From a virus: a stretch of DNA of 64,000 bases. The stretch is taken from positions 12,793 through 76,792 of IMG/VR virus record IMGVR_UViG_3300032313_001281. One strand, 5' to 3'. Both the position numbers and the translations under genes were made by a program. The notes beneath the pieces are model-generated. The model was not told the origin of the DNA. It saw only the letters and a program-made list of their open reading frames with translations, and did no database searches. Below, in pieces: positions 46,247-55,621 of this stretch; positions within the stretch are counted from its first letter, which is position 1; each line of letters starts with the position of its first letter.

Positions 46247-47835
46247 TATGCTTGATCATGTTCGAGTTGATCTAATCGGGCCAGTTGGTCCGGGCTAAAG
46301 TCTTCTTCTAATTGTACACTATCTTCGTCTGCATCGTCAACAGTTTTGAACAAAGCATTGAACTGGCTGTGTGCGTTTTTGGCCTTCTTGCCTTTGAATC
46401 CACGTGTGCCCACAATGTCCATCCAATAACGGTCATAGTGCTCGATAATGGCTTCGGCTTCGGCACGGTCTGGTGTGGCAAATATGGCATCCACAATGTC
46501 CTTGAATCGAGCATGGTCACCATTTTGATTCCACATCATGGCCGGCCATGAACCCGAATCATATTCACGATTGGCACGTTGCACTGCTTCAATATGCATC
46601 CAAACATTGTGACCCATTAATAGAGCATAGCTGAAACTATCCCACGACGTCTTGCCTTCCTTGCCAATCTTGTTGAGATCGCCGGGCTTGTAGATACAGA
46701 CATCTTTCATCTGTAGTTGCTGGCTGATTGGGCTTTCATCAAAGTGATTGATCAAGCCATCAGCAATCACAGCAGGTCCAAACTGGCGTGTATCCGTGGC
46801 ATACTTTTTGTCATCCACAATAGGGCTCATCCTGTAGCACCATTTGTCATTGTGTGGTAAATCAATGTGATGATATACTTGACCGTTGGCAGTTGCTAAA
46901 AACGGACTGGCACAGTCAAAGCTGATGGTAAAACTTGGATTCACATACTTACGCACAGCACGTTGGATATCTGTGAGCAATACTGCCCACTCTAACTTAC
47001 TTGTGCCCAAGAAGTGCATCCAATCATGAACACCTTCTTGCAATAGATTATCATGACGCAAGGCCACCAGTCGCTTCAACACTAGATGCACATCACACAT
47101 GTTCTGACCGCCCATACTCCAGCCATCAAAGTGAGTGTCAGGATATACTTTGGGATCACAATAGTGCTTCATGATGTCATACCACCGATCTGCATCAGCA
47201 TGATTGGCACCCTGCAACACATTCAAGAACTTGGCACCGCCATTCTTGACACCTTTACGGTGTCGCATGAAGTAGTCGTTATTGAACTTGGTGGCATCTA
47301 CAGCTTCTTCTAGTGTGGTGATCTGACAGGCCGCTGATGCTTTTTTGTCGTGTATGACCCAGGTCGGAATATCAAGAATCATACCATAGTCAGCAATACT
47401 ATCCAACCAGGTCAACACTGCCGCACGCTTCTTTTGTGCTTTGGGACAACCTGAGTTGGCCTTCCAGTCGCCTTCCCACAAGCCTTTGGCTATTTGGAAT
47501 CCACCCGAGTCACCTAACATTAGTGTACCAGGTTCACGATTGCGAACCATGTCCTCTGACCAATCCTGTTTGTTCAAATCCAAGTTGGCGTGTCCACCTG
47601 AATATAAACTCCACTTGTAAGGAAACAGACCTTTAGAACTGTTGAGCCAGTTCATCTGTTCCATGTCCGGAATACCCGCAGGCATCCTGGCCGGATCTAC
47701 ATAAGGACCTGCCGCAGGATCACGTTGCTTGCCTACGAATGTGGCATAGAATCCTGAAATGGCCGGCAAGAACACAGCATACTGGCTACGTCCATCTGGG
47801 CCAAGTTGCTTGGCAGTTAGATTGTCTTGGATCAC
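46246..47835 (-). CDS. dpdA: TGT-fold DNA 7-deazaguanine transglycosylase (DpdA/DpdA2-like)
   Basis: GDSGGFQ, LD.P, NVLQG, HFLG, SFD..S TGT-family motifs; no CxCxxC zinc site; folE/queD/queE nearby. Confidence 0.8.
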   Translation of the reverse strand: MIQDNLTAKQLGPDGRSQYAVFLPAISGFYATFVGKQRDPAAGPYVDPARMPAGIPDMEQMNWLNSSKGLFPYKWSLYSGGHANLDLNKQDWSEDMVRNREPGTLMLGDSGGFQIAKGLWEGDWKANSGCPKAQKKRAAVLTWLDSIADYGMILDIPTWVIHDKKASAACQITTLEEAVDATKFNNDYFMRHRKGVKNGGAKFLNVLQGANHADADRWYDIMKHYCDPKVYPDTHFDGWSMGGQNMCDVHLVLKRLVALRHDNLLQEGVHDWMHFLGTSKLEWAVLLTDIQRAVRKYVNPSFTISFDCASPFLATANGQVYHHIDLPHNDKWCYRMSPIVDDKKYATDTRQFGPAVIADGLINHFDESPISQQLQMKDVCIYKPGDLNKIGKEGKTSWDSFSYALLMGHNVWMHIEAVQRANREYDSGSWPAMMWNQNGDHARFKDIVDAIFATPDRAEAEAIIEHYDRYWMDIVGTRGFKGKKAKNAHSQFNALFKTVDDADEDSVQLEEDFSPDQLARLDQLEHDQA

Positions 47836-48554
47836 TTGCTTTGTGCTGGAAGAATATAGTTATAAACAGCAAGTCCAGAATCCACAGTGATCATTGCAGC
47901 ACCATCATCACTGATCTTGAATGTCTTGTCACCGGTTAGATCAAGAATACTGATTACTGTTTTGATGGGCCAAGACCATGCACGTTTGAGTGTGCCGGTC
48001 ACACCTGGATGAAACACAAAGTTTCCTGCATGGGTGCTATGGTCACCAAAGAAAAACTTTAAATCGCCGTTTTCAGTCTTGGCCTGGAAGTTGACTTCTT
48101 CAGCATTGGCCTGTGCCTGCATTTTAAGGCGTTGGATTGCGGCCACAGTAGGAGTAAACTCAATGTGCCAGTTCACACCTTTGAACTTGACAGTTTTTAA
48201 CTTTTCATTCACAATTTCACTGGCCATGAATCTGTAGTTGTTTTTAAAGTCTCCGGTGGCATTCACAAAGTTGATGCCGTCGGGTGCACCAGTGTCTTTC
48301 CTTGTTAAACTTAATTGAGCATTTTCTCGATACTCTTGCAAGTTCAAAAGAATCTTTAACTTGCTCAAGTTTGGCATGCCAAAGTTTCCAATAAAATCTG
48401 CATGTGGTCCTGCAAATGTGCCTTCCACTACCACACTACGATCTTCTGCTAGTCCATTGATCACTGTGCTTTTGTCGTCGCCAGTGATTTTGACCAAGTC
48501 GATTACGCCCAGGTCATGTGTGTGTTCTACTAAGTCTAATAAGTGATCTCTCAT
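47832..48554 (-). CDS. putative DNA polymerase sliding clamp-like protein
   Basis: 240 aa, beta-rich, next to the polymerase, C-term Y.YILPA; positional inference. Confidence 0.5.
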   Translation of the reverse strand: MRDHLLDLVEHTHDLGVIDLVKITGDDKSTVINGLAEDRSVVVEGTFAGPHADFIGNFGMPNLSKLKILLNLQEYRENAQLSLTRKDTGAPDGINFVNATGDFKNNYRFMASEIVNEKLKTVKFKGVNWHIEFTPTVAAIQRLKMQAQANAEEVNFQAKTENGDLKFFFGDHSTHAGNFVFHPGVTGTLKRAWSWPIKTVISILDLTGDKTFKISDDGAAMITVDSGLAVYNYILPAQSK

Positions 48555-48587
48555 TGATAATTCTCCTTGTGTTTGATTATACGGGAT

Positions 48588-49544
48588 TTATTTAGATTCT
48601 GCAACGGGTTTGGGTATTATTTTTGCCAAAGCCTGTCCGCCACGCAGGCTATGCTGTTCACCGGGCTTGCGCAGTTCCAACCAGGTGCTAGGACCTTGGT
48701 CAGTCCAACTGAAGGCTATTTCATAGCCCAGAGTCTGGGCCAGTTCGCGCACCAGATAACCGGGGGTATAACAACAATAGTGTTGTTCTACCAACATGAC
48801 TGCCTTGGCACGATCACAATCATTGAATGTCATGACCAACATGCCACCGGGTCTCAGTTTTTGATATATTTCTGTGAGATACTGTCGTAGTACTTCAAAA
48901 GGTCTGAAGTTAAAAAAGTTGTAGGCAAATACCAGTCCAAACTGACTTTTAGGCAACTGTCCTAATATGGCCTCGCCCGATCGTTCCTGGATGGTATAGG
49001 GTCGCAGGCGTTGCTGATACTGTTCGTTGAACTGAGTCATGGCCGGTTGCAGGAGATCATGGCTTTCATCCACCAAGTACAACGGATCTGAAGCCAACAG
49101 GTCATTGATAAATGTTTCTCGTCCGGGACGTATGATCATGGCAGCATGGTGCCAACTATTGTAGCGTGTCAGGCGAGTGCGATAGAACTGTTCAGTGTTG
49201 GCAGAAATTTCAGGACGGCGATCCAAGATGTATTCAGCGGTTTCATGCAACATCTCTTGCTCGTAGAGCCTGTAGCTTTCAGCAAACCAGGGCTTTTCGG
49301 TGACGGTAATCAGCTCACGCAAGGTCTGTTTTAATGCGTCCAGATCAGACTGATATTGTCTCAAGGAGTCGGCTACCTCAGTTTGCCTCCGGGCCAGCAC
49401 AGCGCTGAACTGTTCCAATTGTATAGCAGAGGTTGATACCACATGCGTGATCTTGGACAAATTTTGATCAGTTTGCTGTGCTGTGTTGACCGCAGACATT
49501 ACATCCAGCTGGTTCATGTAGTTTACGAGTTCACTGAGCTTCAT
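48588..49544 (-). CDS. coiled-coil + class I SAM-dependent methyltransferase-like protein
   Basis: QFGLVFAYN.FN...L.EI...LRPGG. Confidence 0.65.
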   Translation of the reverse strand: MKLSELVNYMNQLDVMSAVNTAQQTDQNLSKITHVVSTSAIQLEQFSAVLARRQTEVADSLRQYQSDLDALKQTLRELITVTEKPWFAESYRLYEQEMLHETAEYILDRRPEISANTEQFYRTRLTRYNSWHHAAMIIRPGRETFINDLLASDPLYLVDESHDLLQPAMTQFNEQYQQRLRPYTIQERSGEAILGQLPKSQFGLVFAYNFFNFRPFEVLRQYLTEIYQKLRPGGMLVMTFNDCDRAKAVMLVEQHYCCYTPGYLVRELAQTLGYEIAFSWTDQGPSTWLELRKPGEQHSLRGGQALAKIIPKPVAESK

Positions 49545-49545
49545 A

Positions 49546-52203
49546 TCACCACTCAAACAAAGTTTGGAAAGTGTTTTCTGTATTGGTGGCCGACACCAGG
49601 TCCCAGTCCAACACACCTAGTAGATTATCCAATTTCTGATCCACTACTGTGGCTTCCATTTCGCTGTCGTCAAATGGTAGTTCTTTGAACCAAGTTGGCA
49701 AATGAATCTCATCGGTGGGATACCCTATGCTGGTCCAGCCCAGGGGATTGGATTTCAACTTGCACACAATGGTCTTCATGCCATCAACAATCTGCATTGA
49801 ATACTTGTCCGAGTTCATTCTGCGTAAGTTATTCCAATTGATAGCCGCACGCACATGGCCTGGCATGTTGGCTTTGCCCAGGCGTTCCTCTTCCTTGGCA
49901 TACTTGGTCAAGTTATTCACACGCTTGGGACTGCCCTTCTCCCAACCTGGACGTTCTTTGAACTTGTATTTGAACTCGCGAATCTTTTCAATGATCTGCT
50001 CACGACCGGTGCCAACCAGAACCTCGTCGAGAATTTCGCTTAAAAACTCCTGGATGACCTTAGGAGTGTCACTGCGTTTGAGATCAAGCCCCATGGCTTT
50101 TACTTTGCCAGGACTACCGTGGGTATCCACACGCTTATTTTCTTTGTCGTAATACATAACAGCATAACGTTTTTTAGTAATAAACAAGCCTTTGCTTGCA
50201 ACAATTTCGCGTCCACCTCGTATTACATCGCCCATTTCACGCGGCACATGGAATGCCTGTTCCATAAATCCAGGAAAGCTATCGTTGACTTGATCGGCAA
50301 TTGAATTGTACAGTTGTACAGCAATCTCACGACTCCAGGTCATGTTGCCGGCTTCAATTTCTTTTTGTAACACAGGATAAGCAGTAAAGTAACAGGAGTC
50401 TGTATCACCATAGATGATACTTTCGCCTACGTGGTCATACTTGCCAGTGATACATTCGTTTACATACGCATCCATATGTTTAGCAATTGCACGTCCAGTA
50501 AGAGTTGTAGACTGGCCAATACGCTTGTCAAAGAATCTGCAACCAGGATTAAGAATAGCACCATACAGACTGTTGAGGTTAATCTTTTTAACAAGTTGAC
50601 GCTTGTCCCAATACTCCTCATCTTCTGCATTTTTACATTCTTTTAGTTTGGCCTGCATTTCTTTACGCTCGGCATACCAGCGTTTTAGCAAGCCAGGAAT
50701 AACTGCTTCTTTCTCATAGGTAAAGATAGTGCCATTGGCTGTGATCATCCAGGGACGGTTGCTATCAAAAATTATTTTCCATACATCAGCGGCACTGTGT
50801 ACACTTTCTTCGCCATCTTTCCAATCAATGGTAATTTCTGTGCCGACTTCGGTATTCATAACAGCCGTGTATTCTAAACTACCAAACAGACCCTCCCATG
50901 CGCCAGCAAAACTCGAGCCACTGCGCATTTTATCACCGATATATCGTTCGGTCATTACAGGACGCAACTGCCCAATGATGGTTTCTGGTCCCATGTTGAG
51001 CGCACGAATAGCACTGGGATACAAACTGTTGATGTCTATGCTTCCTACATACTCGTGGATGCCTTTCTTTGGAAATGCAACATAAGCCCCAGCGGCCTGC
51101 GTGTCTTCATCACTGTAACGTTCCTTGCGATTGGGCACAACCATGCCACGCTCGTGTGCTTCGTTGATAATGGCCTGTTCTGTCACAGCTACAGCACCCA
51201 TTGTGGTTTGTAGTAGCACAGTATTTTCATGTGCCAGTGTATTGGCAAGATCCAAGAACTTTAATTTCTTGTCCAGCTTGCTGAGAATCATTGTGTCTTG
51301 ACGATTGTATTCAATGAACTTTTTGAAGTTTTGATTGTACAGTTGATCCAGTGTGCCTTCAAACACTGTCTTGGTTTCTTGCAGTTCATATTCAGCAATA
51401 GCATCCAGGCTATAACTGTGACGTTCTTCATATGTGTACTTGCGATACAGTTGCATATAGTCCATATGCACACGACCAATCAAGTCATAGGTTTCATTCT
51501 CTGCACCAAAGCGTTCAAACACACGCTTCTTGGGATATTGATTCCATAAACAAAATCTACGTGTGTCATCTTTGCTGAGGACACGGGTAACACGATTTAC
51601 TGTGTAGGGTATATCATATCCCTCACTGTTCCAACCTGAAAGTGCATCTGCGTCTTCAATAAGATCCAGGAAGGTTTTTAACATTTCTTCTTCTTGATCA
51701 AACACAATGCAGTTTTCAAACTCGCTGGCAATCTCATCCGCGGTAGTACGACTCATGTGCCGGGGAGGAACCACCAAGGTGACCATTTGCTCTAGCCATT
51801 GCAGATAAACTGAAATAGCAGTGATAGCATTGAATGGATCTGTTGTTGGGCTAAATCCACGTTCGGGATCAAAGTCCACCTCAATGTCAAAGAACGCTAC
51901 GTTTAATTTTGGACCGTCCTGGCCTTTGTAGTTTTCTTCCAGGCAACGAAAGATTGGATTGATATCCGATTCATACAGTTGTTTGCCTGACTGTATGCGG
52001 ATCTCTTTGCGGAACTCTTTGTTATTTCTTGTGCTGAACCTTGACACGGGTGTGCCAAACAGGCTTTGGAATTTACCACGAGGATCATCATAGTAGAATG
52101 TGTAGTTGGGTGCGTACTCCTGATAGCATCTTTTGCCATCTCGGCGTTCAACCACATGTATGCGATCGTGTTCACGATCAAATAGTGCGTCAATATAACT
52201 CAA
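49546..52203 (-). CDS. family B DNA polymerase (T4 gp43-like), TTG start
   Basis: Exo DIEVD, DINSLYPS, KINLNSLYG, YGDTDS, KKRY. Confidence 0.96.
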   Translation of the reverse strand: MSYIDALFDREHDRIHVVERRDGKRCYQEYAPNYTFYYDDPRGKFQSLFGTPVSRFSTRNNKEFRKEIRIQSGKQLYESDINPIFRCLEENYKGQDGPKLNVAFFDIEVDFDPERGFSPTTDPFNAITAISVYLQWLEQMVTLVVPPRHMSRTTADEIASEFENCIVFDQEEEMLKTFLDLIEDADALSGWNSEGYDIPYTVNRVTRVLSKDDTRRFCLWNQYPKKRVFERFGAENETYDLIGRVHMDYMQLYRKYTYEERHSYSLDAIAEYELQETKTVFEGTLDQLYNQNFKKFIEYNRQDTMILSKLDKKLKFLDLANTLAHENTVLLQTTMGAVAVTEQAIINEAHERGMVVPNRKERYSDEDTQAAGAYVAFPKKGIHEYVGSIDINSLYPSAIRALNMGPETIIGQLRPVMTERYIGDKMRSGSSFAGAWEGLFGSLEYTAVMNTEVGTEITIDWKDGEESVHSAADVWKIIFDSNRPWMITANGTIFTYEKEAVIPGLLKRWYAERKEMQAKLKECKNAEDEEYWDKRQLVKKINLNSLYGAILNPGCRFFDKRIGQSTTLTGRAIAKHMDAYVNECITGKYDHVGESIIYGDTDSCYFTAYPVLQKEIEAGNMTWSREIAVQLYNSIADQVNDSFPGFMEQAFHVPREMGDVIRGGREIVASKGLFITKKRYAVMYYDKENKRVDTHGSPGKVKAMGLDLKRSDTPKVIQEFLSEILDEVLVGTGREQIIEKIREFKYKFKERPGWEKGSPKRVNNLTKYAKEEERLGKANMPGHVRAAINWNNLRRMNSDKYSMQIVDGMKTIVCKLKSNPLGWTSIGYPTDEIHLPTWFKELPFDDSEMEATVVDQKLDNLLGVLDWDLVSATNTENTFQTLFEW

Positions 52204-52262
52204 CTCTTTCTCCAGTTATGGCTGGTTTGCCATGATTCATGTTCGTAACGTGAACGACTCGC
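52204..52262 (-). promoter_or_regulatory. structured translational operator overlapping the polymerase SD
   Basis: AUGGC-AAACCA-GCCAU hairpin whose CCAG can pair with CUGG of CUGGAG; upstream GUUC..GAAC hairpin. Confidence 0.5.
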
Positions 52263-52280
52263 TGTTAATAGTAACAGTAC

Positions 52281-52544
52281 TTATAGTGTCTTGCCCACGG
52301 TGGTCAAGATTTGTTCCAACAACTCATGATCCTGTTGCTCTCTACCAAACTCGCTCTTGTGTGCCAGCTTGATGGCCTTCTTGAGAATGTTGGGTTTGAT
52401 ATCCAGCTCTTCAGCAATGGCTTTCACTGTGTCATTGAGTCCACCTGTGAGGGTTTCAATCTCGTGCATAACCTGCATGCCTTCGTTGATTACTTGATTG
52501 AGTTTTTTGGTTTGATCTGCATTAAAGTTACGGCTGTTTGACAT
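52281..52544 (-). CDS. small dsDNA-binding protein (T4 DsbA/GapR-like)
   Basis: Helical 87 aa, ELDIKP..L.K.I..AHK. Confidence 0.6.
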   Translation of the reverse strand: MSNSRNFNADQTKKLNQVINEGMQVMHEIETLTGGLNDTVKAIAEELDIKPNILKKAIKLAHKSEFGREQQDHELLEQILTTVGKTL

Positions 52545-52566
52545 GTTATTTCTCCTTGAACTAGTA

Positions 52567-53163
52567 TTATACAGTGTTTTTGATCAAAGTCAATATGCGA
52601 TCAGCCCATTTTTGGTGACATTGTTCAGAATGATGCATGCTATCCGTGGCCGCCGAATCAAAATGCCAGGTTCGCCCAGGCTCTTTTTCGTCTAGGTGTA
52701 CTTTGATTTCTTGATCTAATAGGTGTTGTGCTGGTCCGGCCACGTTGCTGTCTAGGCTCTCTAGACAAATGTTGATCAAGTGAGGGCAACAACGCCGGTT
52801 CAAATCGATCACTGCCTGTTGCCATTCAGAGATAAAACTTTCAGGACACAGTCGTAATCTTTGGGCAAAATCCTCATCCATAGCATTGACATTGTAGAAA
52901 TGCGGCTGTTGATTGATCATTTTCATACTACGATAAGGATTGGGCCACTGTACTACTACCAGATCGGGTTGAGTTGAGATCTGTGCTAGATAATCTATCA
53001 ATGTATCTGCTACATATCGAGCGCAGGCACCGCCGCGAGCTAGATTTACAAGATTCAAGTCGAGTTGGCGACTCAGCACATTGGCCCAGCTACGATTGAT
53101 ATCTATACCTATTCCTGCGGTGTGACTGCAACCGGCCACTAGTATGTGTGAACTTGATGTCAT
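52567..53163 (-). CDS. SGNH/GDSL-like protein
   Basis: VAGCSHT...NLARGGA...DSMHH. Confidence 0.65.
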   Translation of the reverse strand: MTSSSHILVAGCSHTAGIGIDINRSWANVLSRQLDLNLVNLARGGACARYVADTLIDYLAQISTQPDLVVVQWPNPYRSMKMINQQPHFYNVNAMDEDFAQRLRLCPESFISEWQQAVIDLNRRCCPHLINICLESLDSNVAGPAQHLLDQEIKVHLDEKEPGRTWHFDSAATDSMHHSEQCHQKWADRILTLIKNTV

Positions 53164-53174
53164 GCACGTAATTA

Positions 53175-53260
53175 GCTCACTTTAAGGGTCACGGTAGCGA
53201 ATCGTTAACCTAGCCCAGCAGCCGGGCGCCCTCGCAACTAGTGCGGTCCTAAGGGTGTTC
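53175..53260 (-). ncRNA. candidate structured pseudoknotted ncRNA
   Basis: GC-rich intergenic segment with several hairpins; loop UUCGCU complementary to 3' AGUGAG. Confidence 0.5.
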
Positions 53261-53334
53261 TATACTGGTGAGTAAGGATTGAGTTTGCGATCTTCGTCAC
53301 CACGTTGTTCTGGATATACTGGATACTGGTTCAT
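53260..53334 (-). CDS. 24-aa micropeptide
   Basis: MNQYPVYPEQRGDEDRKLNPYSPV, ATGA overlap with the upstream gene. Confidence 0.45.
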   Translation of the reverse strand: MNQYPVYPEQRGDEDRKLNPYSPV

Positions 53335-53975
53335 TCTGTATCAGTGCCTCGATAAAACCAAGAGTCGTCACCACCGGCAGACCATTTGGCCCGATTTTCC
53401 ACACAGTATACTTCGGTGGGTATTTTAAAGTCAGGAGTTTTGAGTTGAGCAGGCACTAGACTCACATCGTACCACAAGCATCGATTGTTGGGTTGACAGG
53501 CAAACTGCCCATTGTCCAGGCGAATAAAATTGTAGCTCTTGTGTTCCTGCACACCTTCTGCAAATGAAACATCTAGTCTGTTGTGATCGGGTGCTGCAAA
53601 GTCTATGGTGAACAGGTACTGCCCAAAATGAAATGCCTTGTCCTTGCCAAAGTACTTGACCTTGAGCCCACGCAGATTTGATTTTTCCAACACAGCAATG
53701 TCGTAGCCTAAGCAGTCCCAGATCTGTAGGTGATCTAGCTCAAGATCTTGATCAGGGTCAACAGGCTTCCACACATAGGCACTGATAGGTAACTTGTCGT
53801 AGAGTGCACCGTATTCGGTTAGCATGCATTCAATTCGGAACGCCTGACCTTTAATGGCTTTGGCAGTGACCCAGTAGCAGGGCTCTAATTCGCCGTGACC
53901 GCGTTCATGATTATAAAGGAATTCTCGACGCACAAAACATTTGACAGGAGGTACGTTGGCTATCAGAAAGCTCAT
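53331..53975 (-). CDS. hypothetical protein
   Basis: 214 aa, GALYDKLPISA, QIWDC, EHKS.N...L.NGQFA.QPNNR. Confidence 0.75.
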   Translation of the reverse strand: MSFLIANVPPVKCFVRREFLYNHERGHGELEPCYWVTAKAIKGQAFRIECMLTEYGALYDKLPISAYVWKPVDPDQDLELDHLQIWDCLGYDIAVLEKSNLRGLKVKYFGKDKAFHFGQYLFTIDFAAPDHNRLDVSFAEGVQEHKSYNFIRLDNGQFACQPNNRCLWYDVSLVPAQLKTPDFKIPTEVYCVENRAKWSAGGDDSWFYRGTDTE

Positions 53976-53979
53976 GCGT

Positions 53980-54333
53980 TTACTTACCGTCTACGTGCAG
54001 TTGGCTACCTGTATTGAAACTGGGACTGAACGGACTCTGTGCAACTTTTCCGCCTCGGCTTTGGCTCCAGGCATAGCCAGCACGATGACCTGAACAGTCC
54101 TTGGTGCATTGGCTGCCTAGGAACTGTAATTCATCAAGATGTTGTTTGGTCCACTTGTCGGGGATAGTTCCATGTTTCCCCACAAACAAATCATGTAATT
54201 TTTTTGGTGTGATTTTGTATTTGCGTGCTATGCTCTGCATCATGTGATCTATGGCATCATATCCTGTGGGTTTTTTTAAAACTTTTTCCAGGTCTTCAAC
54301 ACTGCTTTCTATAACAAAATCAGCGGCTCTCAT
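53980..54333 (-). CDS. putative internal virion protein
   Basis: MRAADFVIE N-terminus; CTKDCSGH.AGY.W module. Confidence 0.65.
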   Translation of the reverse strand: MRAADFVIESSVEDLEKVLKKPTGYDAIDHMMQSIARKYKITPKKLHDLFVGKHGTIPDKWTKQHLDELQFLGSQCTKDCSGHRAGYAWSQSRGGKVAQSPFSPSFNTGSQLHVDGK

Positions 54334-54440
54334 CTTAAGCCCACTAGTTGTTTGAGTTTGGCCAAGGCCTCATGGAAACTTTCTGCCACAATAGTTACCC
54401 ATTCTTGAGTCTCAGGATGCTTGAATTGATAGTTTTTCAT
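54330..54440 (-). CDS. 36-aa hypothetical protein (not in ORF track)
   Basis: MKNYQFKHPETQEW...LVGLR, ATGA overlaps on both sides. Confidence 0.55.
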   Translation of the reverse strand: MKNYQFKHPETQEWVTIVAESFHEALAKLKQLVGLR

Positions 54441-55621
54441 TTTTTTCCTTTGTTGCCCCAGTTGGCGGCACCTTTTTTACGACACTGAACAAGGGCACCC
54501 GATGCATAAGCCGAAGGCCACACCTTGTAACGACTTTTTACTTTGCTGTAGCAGGCGTCCTGTTTTTCATCAAGGTCATCTTCTTTTACTCGAGTTGCCA
54601 CGTTTTTTGCCGCACCGCGACGCTCAGGATCAGGATCTTCTCTACGCTTTTTGGCCGCGGCACTGGCACGACCCTTCTTGCCCAGGGCCTGTGCTTTGGC
54701 CTGTGGCAAACACTTGGGTTTACCTTCTGAGCTAGATCCTCGAGCACAGTCGCCGCGGATTTTGCCGTCGGGACCAAATCTTACCCACTTTTCTCGGAAC
54801 CATTTTTTCAAATCTTCGGCTAGTTCTTTTTCTTTGGCAACTAGAGCAGTGTCAACAGCCTGTGGTTCGGGAGCACTGAGTTTGCCCATGACAATCATTT
54901 GCTCAATGCGTTTGGCCAACATCTTGGCTTGCTCGCCTTCATCATCCTTGAGTGCCTGACGAAATTGATCCAGCACGGGTTTGACCTGTTCATAGGTTTT
55001 ACGATTCATAGTCACGCCTTTGCGTTCCAGGGCATCTATGATTTGACTTCCTTGATATTTTTTTAGTTTGTTGAGTATGGTATAGTAGGTTCCTACTGCG
55101 AATGCGCCGCCGGCTATGATAACTAGACCCAGTAACTCTCTGGCCGTGTTGTCCAAGAATGGATCCACGGCTTCTTCCAGAGATTTGGTAGCAGGCTTGA
55201 TACGATCTGTAGGCAGGGCATGTGTCCGCCAATATTCTTCAGCACCAGCAGGTGTGGGTGCCAGCTTTTCTTGACGTCGGGCCCGGGCCACTTGTTTGCC
55301 TTGCTTCAGCAGGGCCAACTGGCGATCTATTTCTGCACGTTGTGCCAGTAACCTAGGTAGCTCACTGGGCTGGTAATGTATACCATACATTTTACTGGCC
55401 TGCTTGATGGCCTGTTCATAGTCCAGACTGATGCCTTCATGGCTGGCATCTCGCATGGCCATGGCAGCTGCTTTGAACAGCAGATCCCGGCCAGTGATTT
55501 CTGGACCCGTTTTTACTTCCGCCACAGGCACACAGTTGGGCACCTGTCGGTCACCTTTTTTCTTCATGCCCTGTTGTTGATACCCGGTCCAGCAACGTTC
55601 GTATATTTCTTGGAATCTCAT
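54437..55621 (-). CDS. modular putative internal virion polyprotein
   Basis: Start MRFQEIYE; Cys-containing modules separated by hydrophobic-x-E sites. Confidence 0.7.
   Translation of the reverse strand: MRFQEIYERCWTGYQQQGMKKKGDRQVPNCVPVAEVKTGPEITGRDLLFKAAAMAMRDASHEGISLDYEQAIKQASKMYGIHYQPSELPRLLAQRAEIDRQLALLKQGKQVARARRQEKLAPTPAGAEEYWRTHALPTDRIKPATKSLEEAVDPFLDNTARELLGLVIIAGGAFAVGTYYTILNKLKKYQGSQIIDALERKGVTMNRKTYEQVKPVLDQFRQALKDDEGEQAKMLAKRIEQMIVMGKLSAPEPQAVDTALVAKEKELAEDLKKWFREKWVRFGPDGKIRGDCARGSSSEGKPKCLPQAKAQALGKKGRASAAAKKRREDPDPERRGAAKNVATRVKEDDLDEKQDACYSKVKSRYKVWPSAYASGALVQCRKKGAANWGNKGKK

Noticed and set aside
49546-52203. Intein or intron in the DNA polymerase
   Set aside because: 885 aa continuous ORF with normally spaced PolB motifs
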